NCBI GenBank assembly: GCA_052386675.1
Contig: JBQTJX010000003.1
Coordinates: forward strand, 2,660-66,659
DNA: 64,000 nucleotides
Direction of reading: 5' to 3'
DNA from: Betaproteobacteria bacterium
GTDB taxonomy: Bacteria; Pseudomonadota; Gammaproteobacteria; Burkholderiales; SG8-39
Part shown: positions 56,724 through 64,000 of the stretch, piece after piece
Position numbering within the stretch: position 1 is the first letter of the stretch
Layout of the letters: each line of letters begins with the position of its first letter
Notes under the pieces: generated by a model
What the model saw: only the letters and a program-made list of their open reading frames with translations
What the model was told of the DNA's origin: nothing
The model's database searches: none
Position numbers and translations under genes: made by a program

Positions 56724-58336
56724 GGCGCCGCCCTGAGGATGATCACTACGCGGCGGTTTCGCGCGCGATTGGCCTCCGAGTCGTTGGGACCGACGGGCTG
56801 CGAGTCGGCGACGCCCTCGGCCTTGAGGCGCGCCGGGTCGGAGAGCCTGGATCCCATCAGTTTCACCACCGACTGCGCGCGCCCGGTGGACAGCTCCCAG
56901 TTCGAATGGAAGCGCGCGGAGCGGATCGGCAGGTCGTCAGTGTGGCCGGTGACCAGTATTGCGCCCGGCACGCGCTCCAGCGCCTCGGTGATCCTGAGCA
57001 CCACAGGCTCCAGCCCGGCTTCGAGCCGGGCGCTGCCCGAGGCAAACAGGCGATCGCTGCGCAGGACGATGGTACTGCGCAGGGCATCTTCGGTGACGAC
57101 AACCTGGCCGGCCTTGATTGCCTCGGCCAAGTGCGTGGCCACGCGCTCTGCGGGAACGCCGGACGCTGTCGAGGCCGCCGCCACAGTCGGCTCCGGTGCC
57201 GCCGGCGGGGCGAGCCGCGCGAGGTCGCGCGCGACAGGGTCCGACAGTGCACCGAGCGACGCGACAAAGATGAGGTAGAGCACCACCAGCACGAGCGCCA
57301 GTGCGCTGCCAAGACCCCAGAGGAGCAGCGCGCCCGGGATCCGCCGGCTTCGCGTCTTCACGCCGCGCCAGTTGGCGGACAACTCGCCGTCGGCGGCCGG
57401 CGGCCGGCGCACCGCAACATGCCCGTGAATCCGCAGGCGAACGGCCTCAAGGGCCTCCCCGCCGCCCTCCGCGCCGCGGTACTTGCCTTCGTAGCCGAGC
57501 GCCAGGCACGCATAGAAGAACTCGATCAGGTCGCCGTTCGCGAGCGGCGCCTCCAGCGCACGCGCCACGTCGTCGAAGAACTTTGCGCCGGTGGTATCGC
57601 CGTCGAGCAGCATCCGCACCAGCCCGTTCTCGGACCAGCTCGCCCCCCAGGGAGTGCGCGAAGCGGATTCATCGAGCAGCGCGCACAGCGCATGGCGCGC
57701 AACCTGTATCACCTCCGCATCGGCGCCGGCAATGCCAGCCGCCGCCTCGAACGTGTCCAGCTGCTCGGCCAGCGTCTCCCGCAGGGCGCCGGCGTCCGGG
57801 TGACGCAGCGACTGCCGGATCTGCGGCACGGCGCCCAGGATCGGATTGGCCGCCTCCACCAATGGATTGAATCCACCCAGCGCGGCGAGATCGGCACGCA
57901 CCGCATCGCGGCCTGGCTTGGGCGCAAAGGGATTGCGGCGCCTTCCAGGGGTCGGAATCGCAATGGTGGCGTCCGGGTCCAGCGCCGGTGCCTCCAGCTG
58001 CGCGGCGGGCCGCGCCATGCGCGGTGGAATCGCGACCGTCGCCTCCGGGTCGGGCGGCAGGAAAAACGGGCTGCGCGCCATCGGGTCGGTTGCTTCCGGG
58101 TCAGGTTCGGACGCGGGAGGCGACTGCGCTGCGGGTGGCTGCGCGATGGCGCGGGCCGGTATCGCGATGGTGGCATCCGGATTCTCGCCAGGGTCCTGTG
58201 TCGCGTTCAGAACCGGCAGCGGCATGGAAACCGTGGCGTCCGGATCGACCAGCGGGCCGGCCTCTGGCTTCAGCGAGGGAATGGCGACGGTTGCGTCGGG
58301 ATCAACGCCTTCGCCCGGACGCTCCGCCATCCTCAC
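56720..58336 (-). CDS. tssL: TssL/DotU with C-terminal OmpA/MotB peptidoglycan-binding domain and repetitive N-terminal extension
   Basis: NPLVEAANPIL, LCALLDE, FFYACLALGYEGKY, TM, LFASGSA, VTGHTDD, NWELSTGRA, NRARNRRV. Confidence 0.92.
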   Translation of the reverse strand: MRMAERPGEGVDPDATVAIPSLKPEAGPLVDPDATVSMPLPVLNATQDPGENPDATIAIPARAIAQPPAAQSPPASEPDPEATDPMARSPFFLPPDPEATVAIPPRMARPAAQLEAPALDPDATIAIPTPGRRRNPFAPKPGRDAVRADLAALGGFNPLVEAANPILGAVPQIRQSLRHPDAGALRETLAEQLDTFEAAAGIAGADAEVIQVARHALCALLDESASRTPWGASWSENGLVRMLLDGDTTGAKFFDDVARALEAPLANGDLIEFFYACLALGYEGKYRGAEGGGEALEAVRLRIHGHVAVRRPPAADGELSANWRGVKTRSRRIPGALLLWGLGSALALVLVVLYLIFVASLGALSDPVARDLARLAPPAAPEPTVAAASTASGVPAERVATHLAEAIKAGQVVVTEDALRSTIVLRSDRLFASGSARLEAGLEPVVLRITEALERVPGAILVTGHTDDLPIRSARFHSNWELSTGRAQSVVKLMGSRLSDPARLKAEGVADSQPVGPNDSEANRARNRRVVIILRAAP

Positions 58337-58386
58337 TCCCCCTGGTTAGCTGCCTGAATGCCCGGACAGCTGCGCGTCGCCAGCGC

Positions 58387-61113
58387 TCAGCGCCGCGCCG
58401 CGGTCGGAACGGATTCGCCGGCCAGGCGAGCCGCCTCGTACCATTGCAGCGACTCTGCCAGATCACGTCCGACGCCCGGTACACCCTTGTCGTATATCTC
58501 CCCCAGCCGCTTCGCAGCCGGGCCACTGCCCTTGCGTGCGGCGAGTCGATAGACGCGCACCGCGTCGCGGAATTTGCCTTCCTCTTCCAGCGTGCGGCCC
58601 TGAACCATCGGATCTAGGGCGGCGACCTGCGTCTTGCCTGAGGCCTGCGCCTTGGCCGCGAGCTCGGCCTGACGCTGCGCCTCCTGTTCGAGCTCCTCGC
58701 GTTCGCGGCGCGAAATCTGCGGCACGGTATCGGACTTGGGCTCGGCGATGGGAATCGCTGGCGCCGAGGGTGCCGGCGTGCCGGGAGCCAGCGAAGCCGT
58801 CTTCGTTGGCGCCTTGGCGGGTGCGGCGGACTTGGTCGCTGGAGCTTTGCCCGGGGATACCGCGGCCACCGTCTCCTGCTTGGTCGGCTCCGGCTTGGCG
58901 GGTTCGGCGACCGGCGCGGGCGCCACCGTCGGAGCCACCGCCACCGCGGGCTCCGGGGCCTTCACCGGGGCCTTGCTCTGCTTGTCGGCGGTGGCCTTGG
59001 CCTTGCTCGCGGCTTCAGCCGCGGCTGCCGCCGCCGCCTGACGCTGCTTCACCAGCTCCGCCTGCTTGTTCATCTCCGCCTCGGCGCGCTTGGCGGCATC
59101 CTGCGCCTCCTTCAGCTTGGCGGTATCGCCCGCCTTGCGCGCGGCCTCCTCTGCTGCCCGCGCCTGCTCGAACGCCTTCAGGGACTCCAACTGCTTCGCC
59201 TGCGCCTGCTTCAATTCCTCGGTCGCCTTGGTCGCGTCCTCGAAAGCCTTCACAACCTGGGCCTGACGCTCGCGTGCCTCCTTGCCCAGGTAGTACCAGG
59301 CGCCTCCGCCCAAACCAACCAGCAGGACGAATCCCGCGACAATCGGGATTACCGGAATCTTGCCCTTTGGCGCGTCGGCCAGTTCCTTCTTCAGTTGCGC
59401 TTCGCGCTTGGCGTGCTCGGCTTCGCGCCGAGTGCGCTCTTCGGCTTCCTTCTTTGCACGTTCCTCGGCGTCCGCTTTCGCCTTGGCCAGTTCCTCAGTC
59501 TGCTTCTTCGCACGCGCTTCCGCTTCGGCCCGCGCCTTGGCGGCCGCGACTTCGGCTTCCTTGCGTGCCTTCTCCTCGGTCTCGCGTCGCGCCTTGGCTT
59601 CCGCCTCGGCCTTGGCGCGCGCAGCAGCGGCCTCAACGTCGCGCCGGGCCATCTCGGCCTCGTACCTCGCCTTCGCCTCCGCCTCGCGCTTTGCGAGCAG
59701 GCTCTCGGCATCTTTCCTGGCCTTCTCGATCTCCAGCGCCCGCGCCTTGGCGTCGGCTTCGGCCTTTGCCTTCATTTCGGCTTCGCGCTTGGCGTCCTGC
59801 TCCGCGCGCGCTTTCTCCGCGGCGATGCGACGGGCCTCCGCCTCGGCCTCGCGTTTCTTGAACTCCGCCTCGCGCTCGGCCAGTTGCTGCTCAAGCTTGG
59901 CCTTCTCGTCCGCGAGCTTCGTGCGCGCTTCCTCTTCCTTGCGCGCGGCCTCCTCCAGCTCTTTCTTCTCCTGCTCCCTCGCCTTGGCGCCAGTCTCCTC
60001 CGGCGCCACGCCGCGCAGCTTCGCGATCTTGCGCTTGGCGAGCGCGGCATAGATCCCCGCCGGAAACTGCTGCACGTAGAGCTCGAAGTCGTCCGGGTCG
60101 TTGCCGTCCTTGATCGAGCGCCAGAACTCCAGCTCGACTTCCTGAGTGCCCGAGGCAGTGGCGTTGGTCCTCGCCGAGGCGTCGGCCTTGGCCGCGGCCA
60201 TTTGCGGCACCGGCATCATCCCGGTGGCAGACATCGATCCGACCACGGTCTTGTCGTCGTCCTCCTCGCCATGACCTTCCAGCGCACGCTTGAGCGCGAG
60301 GCCGAGGTCGCGGGCGGTCTGGTAGCGCGCCTCGACGCTCTTGGCGAGTGCCTTGTTGACCACCGCGTCAAACAGCGCCGAGACGCCCTTGTTGATCGAC
60401 GACGGGACCGGCGGATTGTCCTGGATGATCTTCTTGGCGATGGTCCAGGCGCCCGAGCCGGTGAACGGCTTCTCGCCGGTCAGGAACTGGTACAGGATGA
60501 TGCCGGCAGAGAAGATGTCGCTGCGCCGATCAACGCTGCCACCCGTGATCTGCTCCGGCGACATGTAGGCAGGCGTGCCAACCATGGTCCCTGCCTGGGT
60601 CTTCTCGGTTGAGGAACTGTCGGTGATGCGCGCGACGCCGAAATCGGCCAGCTTCACCTTGCCAGTGGTGTCGATCATCACGTTGGCCGGCTTGATGTCG
60701 CGATGCACGATGCCCGCCTCGTGGGCAAAGTGCAGCGCGTCGCACAATTCCGCCATGATGCGAACGGCTTCCTTGATGTCGAAGCGCTCACTGGCGTCGA
60801 AGAAGTTCTTGAGCTCCTTGCCCTTGATGAACTCCATCACGATGTATGCGATGTCACCTTCCTCGCCGAAGTCGTACACCTGCACGATATTGGCGTGGTT
60901 CAGGCGTGCGACCGCCTGGGCCTCGCGCACGAACCGCATCGAGTATTCCTTGGCGGTGTCGGCGTCAAGCGCGCTCTTCAGGATTGTCTTGATCGCAACC
61001 GTGCGATGCAGGCGAGGGTCGATGCCGGCGTACACCATGCCCATCGCGCCTTTGCCGAGGACACGGTCTATGTCGTAGCGGCCGAGCCGCTTGATGTCAG
61101 GCGCGGCGGACAC
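58387..61113 (-). CDS. Membrane Ser/Thr kinase with long coiled coil, TM and C-terminal Sel1-like repeat
   Basis: GKGAMGMV, VAIK, HRDIKPAN, DFGVAR, GTPAYMSPE; EAKARA-rich helix; TM IVAGFVLLVGLGGGAWYY; LGEIYDKG..RDLAESLQWY; start GTG 61113 (after GAGGG) or TTG 61149. Confidence 0.9.
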   Translation of the reverse strand: MSAAPDIKRLGRYDIDRVLGKGAMGMVYAGIDPRLHRTVAIKTILKSALDADTAKEYSMRFVREAQAVARLNHANIVQVYDFGEEGDIAYIVMEFIKGKELKNFFDASERFDIKEAVRIMAELCDALHFAHEAGIVHRDIKPANVMIDTTGKVKLADFGVARITDSSSTEKTQAGTMVGTPAYMSPEQITGGSVDRRSDIFSAGIILYQFLTGEKPFTGSGAWTIAKKIIQDNPPVPSSINKGVSALFDAVVNKALAKSVEARYQTARDLGLALKRALEGHGEEDDDKTVVGSMSATGMMPVPQMAAAKADASARTNATASGTQEVELEFWRSIKDGNDPDDFELYVQQFPAGIYAALAKRKIAKLRGVAPEETGAKAREQEKKELEEAARKEEEARTKLADEKAKLEQQLAEREAEFKKREAEAEARRIAAEKARAEQDAKREAEMKAKAEADAKARALEIEKARKDAESLLAKREAEAKARYEAEMARRDVEAAAARAKAEAEAKARRETEEKARKEAEVAAAKARAEAEARAKKQTEELAKAKADAEERAKKEAEERTRREAEHAKREAQLKKELADAPKGKIPVIPIVAGFVLLVGLGGGAWYYLGKEARERQAQVVKAFEDATKATEELKQAQAKQLESLKAFEQARAAEEAARKAGDTAKLKEAQDAAKRAEAEMNKQAELVKQRQAAAAAAAEAASKAKATADKQSKAPVKAPEPAVAVAPTVAPAPVAEPAKPEPTKQETVAAVSPGKAPATKSAAPAKAPTKTASLAPGTPAPSAPAIPIAEPKSDTVPQISRREREELEQEAQRQAELAAKAQASGKTQVAALDPMVQGRTLEEEGKFRDAVRVYRLAARKGSGPAAKRLGEIYDKGVPGVGRDLAESLQWYEAARLAGESVPTAARR

Positions 61114-61319
61114 CGGCGGGGATCCCTCGATGCCGGGGGCGGCCTGCAAGCATCGGATTTTGCGTAAGTTTCAGCACGGTTCTGGTCGCGATGTCCGAAT
61201 TGTAGATTATCTCGGCGGGCCGGGTTGCTGACAAGGGCATTTGTCGCGCCCTGGCGTCACCCTCGCCGTCGAATCCGTTGAACGGATCATTCGCAAGGAA
61301 GGGTCAATTGTGGGGGGGG

Positions 61320-62051
61320 TCAGCGAATCGAAGGCCCGCGCGTCTCGGCGCGCGGCACCGCGACACCCTGCTCGCGCGCCAACTGGTACCACCTAAGTGC
61401 CGTAGCGTAGTCGCGCTGCACTGCGGCCGTGCCCTTGTCGTAGATCTCGCCCAGCTTCCTCTGCGCCAGGCCGTGGCCTGACTCCCCCGCCTCCAGGTAG
61501 GCGTTGAAAGCTCCGACCTCGTCGCCCCGGCGTTCCGCCGCCAGCCCGTCCTTATAGCGTCGCTCGGCCTCGTCCCGCCCGAGCAGGCCTTTTCCCGGGC
61601 GCTTCTGCGCCGCTCCTGGAGCCGGAACGGCCGCTACCGGTGGCGTCACCGGTCTGGGCTCCGCCGCGGCAGGCGGAGGCTTCAGGGCAGTCAGGGTACG
61701 GACCTCCAGCATGGCTTCCGCCGGCGGCAGCTCCGCCATGGCGTCGCGCGGTGGAATGGCCAGCACCGCACCGACCCGCAACTGGTTGATGTTGCCCCCG
61801 GTGAAGGCATCCGGATTCGCCCGGAACAGCGCCACCAGGACCTGATTCAGCGTCACACCTTCCGGCCGCAGCCGGCGGGCAATGGCGTACAGGGTGTCGC
61901 CGCGTTTGACATCGTAGGACACTGCCGCTCTTGCCGGTGCCGAAGCTGCAGGTTTCGCGTCCGGCGCTTGCGCACCTGAGGCGATCGGGAATAACAGGGA
62001 AAGCGAAAGGGCGATGGACCTCGCAACAGGGATCGTGGCCGTTACTCGCAC
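61320..62051 (-). CDS. Exported FimV N-terminal (LysM-like) plus Sel1-like repeat protein
   Basis: Signal peptide; YDVKRGDTLYAIA...LNQVLVALFRANPDAF..GNINQLRVGAVL; LGEIYDKG..RDYATALRWY; start inferred. Confidence 0.82.
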   Translation of the reverse strand: MRVTATIPVARSIALSLSLLFPIASGAQAPDAKPAASAPARAAVSYDVKRGDTLYAIARRLRPEGVTLNQVLVALFRANPDAFTGGNINQLRVGAVLAIPPRDAMAELPPAEAMLEVRTLTALKPPPAAAEPRPVTPPVAAVPAPGAAQKRPGKGLLGRDEAERRYKDGLAAERRGDEVGAFNAYLEAGESGHGLAQRKLGEIYDKGTAAVQRDYATALRWYQLAREQGVAVPRAETRGPSIR

Positions 62052-62926
62052 GTGAATTCGAGCACGTCGGTCGCAGTGGAGCGCGACTGCCCGAACGTGA
62101 TCCAGCCCTTGCCGCGCAGGGTGAACTCCTCCCGGCGCAGCACGATTTCCTTGTCGCCGTCGACGGTCACGTAGGTGCCGTTGGCGCTGTGGTCCGTGAG
62201 GATGAACTTGTCCAGCCGGCGCTCGATCTTGCCGTGCGAGCGCGAAGCCATCTTGTCGCGCACCACGAGATCCGCGCTCTGGTCCCGGCCCATGGACACC
62301 GCGGTGCGCTCGTCTGAAAGCATGGTCTCGCCTCCCTGCAGCAGCAGGCGCAGCGAGGTCTTCTTCGGCTTCAGCACCGAGCGCGCCGCTGCCATGGTGG
62401 TGGCGTCCTCGCTCTGCTGCCACATCAACTCGTAGGCCTCGACCGGCTCCGACTTGCCCTTGACTGCGATCTGGCTGATCTTGCGCGTGGCGCTCTTGAG
62501 CATCGGCGACATCAGCATCACAGTTTCGCGCGAGGTGATGATCTGCCCCTTGACCGCCACATGCGACAGGCGCGAGGCAACGTTGACCGCATCGCCAAAA
62601 ATGTCACCATCCTTGTGCACCAGCGGGCCAAAGTAGAAGCCGACACGTATGCCAATCTTGGTGCCACCTACCGGCAGCAACTCGCTGATGGCGCTCTGCA
62701 TCTCGATCGCGGCGTCGGCCGCCGCGTCCGCGTCCGGGAAGGTGGACAGCACTTCGTCGCCGATGGTCTTGATGACCTTGCCCTTGGCCGCCTCGGTCTT
62801 CTGGCGCATCAGCACGATGCAACGCTCGATGGCAGCATGCGCGGCCTGATCGCCGGCGGTTTCGTACAGCTTGGTGCTGCCGCTGACGTCGGCGAACAGG
62901 ACTGCGGCTTCTGGTTCGGCACTCAT
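62042..62926 (-). CDS. Class III adenylate cyclase with C-terminal FHA domain
   Basis: FADVSGST, VIKTIGDE, DIFGDAVNVASR (K/D specificity pair and N/R intact); FHA MGR...SRSH...ANGT. Confidence 0.92.
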   Translation of the reverse strand: MSAEPEAAVLFADVSGSTKLYETAGDQAAHAAIERCIVLMRQKTEAAKGKVIKTIGDEVLSTFPDADAAADAAIEMQSAISELLPVGGTKIGIRVGFYFGPLVHKDGDIFGDAVNVASRLSHVAVKGQIITSRETVMLMSPMLKSATRKISQIAVKGKSEPVEAYELMWQQSEDATTMAAARSVLKPKKTSLRLLLQGGETMLSDERTAVSMGRDQSADLVVRDKMASRSHGKIERRLDKFILTDHSANGTYVTVDGDKEIVLRREEFTLRGKGWITFGQSRSTATDVLEFTCE

Positions 62927-62939
62927 GGCGTCGGTCGGT

Positions 62940-63278
62940 TCAGCCAAACATGGCCTGCAGGATGCGGCGCGCCGGCGCCGCGTCGGCCTGCCCCATGCGC
63001 CGAGACAGGCGCGTCACCGAGAGGCAGCGGATCTGGTCCAGCGCGACCGAGCGCGGCTTGGCGAGCACTGATACCACGCAGCGGGTCGGCCAGTCACGGT
63101 TGGTGGAGGTCAGTGGTGCGACGATGACGGTCGACAGGACCCGATTCATCTCGTCGGGCGACACTACAAGTACTGGCTGGCGGCCGGACGAGGCCAGGTC
63201 CGCGAGGTAAATGTCACCCTGGCGTGGCGTGGCGGGGCTGGCCGGGCTGCGCTGGCTATTGGTCGCAAGCTTCGCCAA
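62940..63278 (-). CDS. PemK/MazF family toxin
   Basis: RQGDIYLADL, PVLVVS, VIVAPLTS, LDQIRCLS..RL; overlaps the antitoxin gene. Confidence 0.85.
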   Translation of the reverse strand: MAKLATNSQRSPASPATPRQGDIYLADLASSGRQPVLVVSPDEMNRVLSTVIVAPLTSTNRDWPTRCVVSVLAKPRSVALDQIRCLSVTRLSRRMGQADAAPARRILQAMFG

Positions 63279-63507
63279 GCGGCACCCCCTTCAACAGGTC
63301 TTCCCTCACCTCGCCTGCCCTCGCCGCCCGGAGCTTCTCCTCCCAGCCCGGACGAGGGTTCTTCGCCCTGCCTGGCGAGATCACGATCGAACGCGCGCGG
63401 ACCTCGATGTCCACGGGGTCGCCAGCGTCCAGGCTGCAGCGCCGCAGCACATCCTGCGGCAGGCGCACTCCCTTCGAATTTCCGATTGCGACGATTTTGC
63501 TCTGCAT
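63256..63507 (-). CDS. AbrB/MazE family antitoxin
   Basis: IVAIGNSKGVRLPQDVL, IVISP, PRPGWEE; ATG 63507. Confidence 0.88.
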   Translation of the reverse strand: MQSKIVAIGNSKGVRLPQDVLRRCSLDAGDPVDIEVRARSIVISPGRAKNPRPGWEEKLRAARAGEVREDLLKGVPLGEACDQ

Positions 63508-63518
63508 GGGCCGGGAAG

Positions 63519-63535
63519 TAATTACTACGTAATTA
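63519..63535. promoter_or_regulatory. Palindromic operator of the TA pair
   Basis: TAATTAC-TAC-GTAATTA, 11 bp upstream of the antitoxin ATG. Confidence 0.7.
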
Positions 63536-63541
63536 TGCACC

Positions 63542-63570
63542 AAAAAAAACGGGGCGCTTGCGGCGCCCCG
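63542..63570 (-). terminator. Intrinsic terminator downstream of the exoprotein gene
   Basis: Stem CGGGGCGC/GCGCCCCG with a run of 8 T on the minus strand. Confidence 0.8.
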
Positions 63571-63624
63571 CGTTCGCGCACCCATTTTCACAGGGCGCGA
63601 GGGGTACGGATGTTCCGGCCCGGC

Positions 63625-64000
63625 TTAGTTGCAGGGCTCGCCGTCGCGGCTTGCCGCGAAGCATTCCGGCGTACCGAGTCCGACTCCGGTCAGGCGGTGT
63701 GCCATCGGCGGGGCCGTGCTGACGTCCCCGGCGAAGCCGTACTCGACCTGCTCCGCCACGCTGTCTGTACCGAACGTGTTGGCCGCCTCGCCCGCGATCA
63801 CCTGGGCGACCGAGCTTTGTGCAGTCTGGGACTGCTGCTGCGCGGCAACCTGCGTCGTAGACTGGGCGAACGAACCAACGGCACCGAACAGTCCGACCGG
63901 CGCAGTCGAGTTGTTCGTGACCGAGGCCGGAGGATTGCCCGTGGATCCGGCGGTAAAGGTGAATTCCGTCGCCGTTCCATTGGTGGTGAGGCTGTTCACC
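63625..64000 (-). CDS. 3' end of a probable large low-complexity exoprotein (adhesin/filamentous-haemagglutinin-like); truncated by the window
   Basis: Frame open to the window edge; Thr/Ser/Gly/Asn/Gln-rich; followed by a terminator; product call is tentative. Confidence 0.5.
   Translation of the reverse strand, partial: VNSLTTNGTATEFTFTAGSTGNPPASVTNNSTAPVGLFGAVGSFAQSTTQVAAQQQSQTAQSSVAQVIAGEAANTFGTDSVAEQVEYGFAGDVSTAPPMAHRLTGVGLGTPECFAASRDGEPCN

Noticed and set aside
52664-58336. Calling this a functional type VI secretion system
   Set aside because: No tube, sheath, spike, baseplate, ClpV or TssJ genes in the window, and TssM is truncated
59380-60000. Quasi-periodic GCCTTGGC/TTCGGC repeats
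   Set aside because: They encode the E/A/K/R coiled coil of the kinase; not CRISPR or a DNA-level repeat

Overview
High-GC bacterial chromosomal segment whose gene content and order fit a betaproteobacterium. 1-13 kb is a conserved minus-strand housekeeping block (alpha/beta hydrolase, YciO/Sua5, site-2 protease, trpS, scpA, scpB, rluB, rimP, nusA, infB, rbfA, truB, rpsO, pnp). 13-40 kb is metabolic and transport: a single-chain NfnB/GltD-NfnA/PyrK-like flavo-Fe-S oxidoreductase, two Liv-type ABC systems (one led by a small RHH-like gene with a 28-bp palindromic operator), a pfk-amidase-C45-PhzF-acyl-CoA ligase run, a nitroreductase, a CoA transferase, an MFS and pncB. 41-52.6 kb holds SOS genes (SRAP, lexA, imuA-imuB-dnaE2, two LexA boxes) around a five-gene signalling island (PAS histidine kinase, REC, Hpt, REC-cyclase, REC-Ser/Thr kinase). 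52.7-63 kb is the most unusual part: T6SS membrane/regulatory homologues only (TssL-OmpA with tandem D-A-T repeats, truncated TssM, TagF, FHA/TagH) with a Ser/Thr kinase-Sel1, a mini FimV/LysM-Sel1 protein and an adenylate cyclase-FHA, and no tube, sheath, baseplate or TssJ genes. It is followed by a mazEF-like pair and the 3' end of a probable large exoprotein gene. Two repeated palindromic elements occur twice each; one lies in frame inside dnaE2. No rRNA, tRNA, CRISPR array, transposase or phage gene was recognised. All assignments come from motif recognition by eye; no database searches were run.
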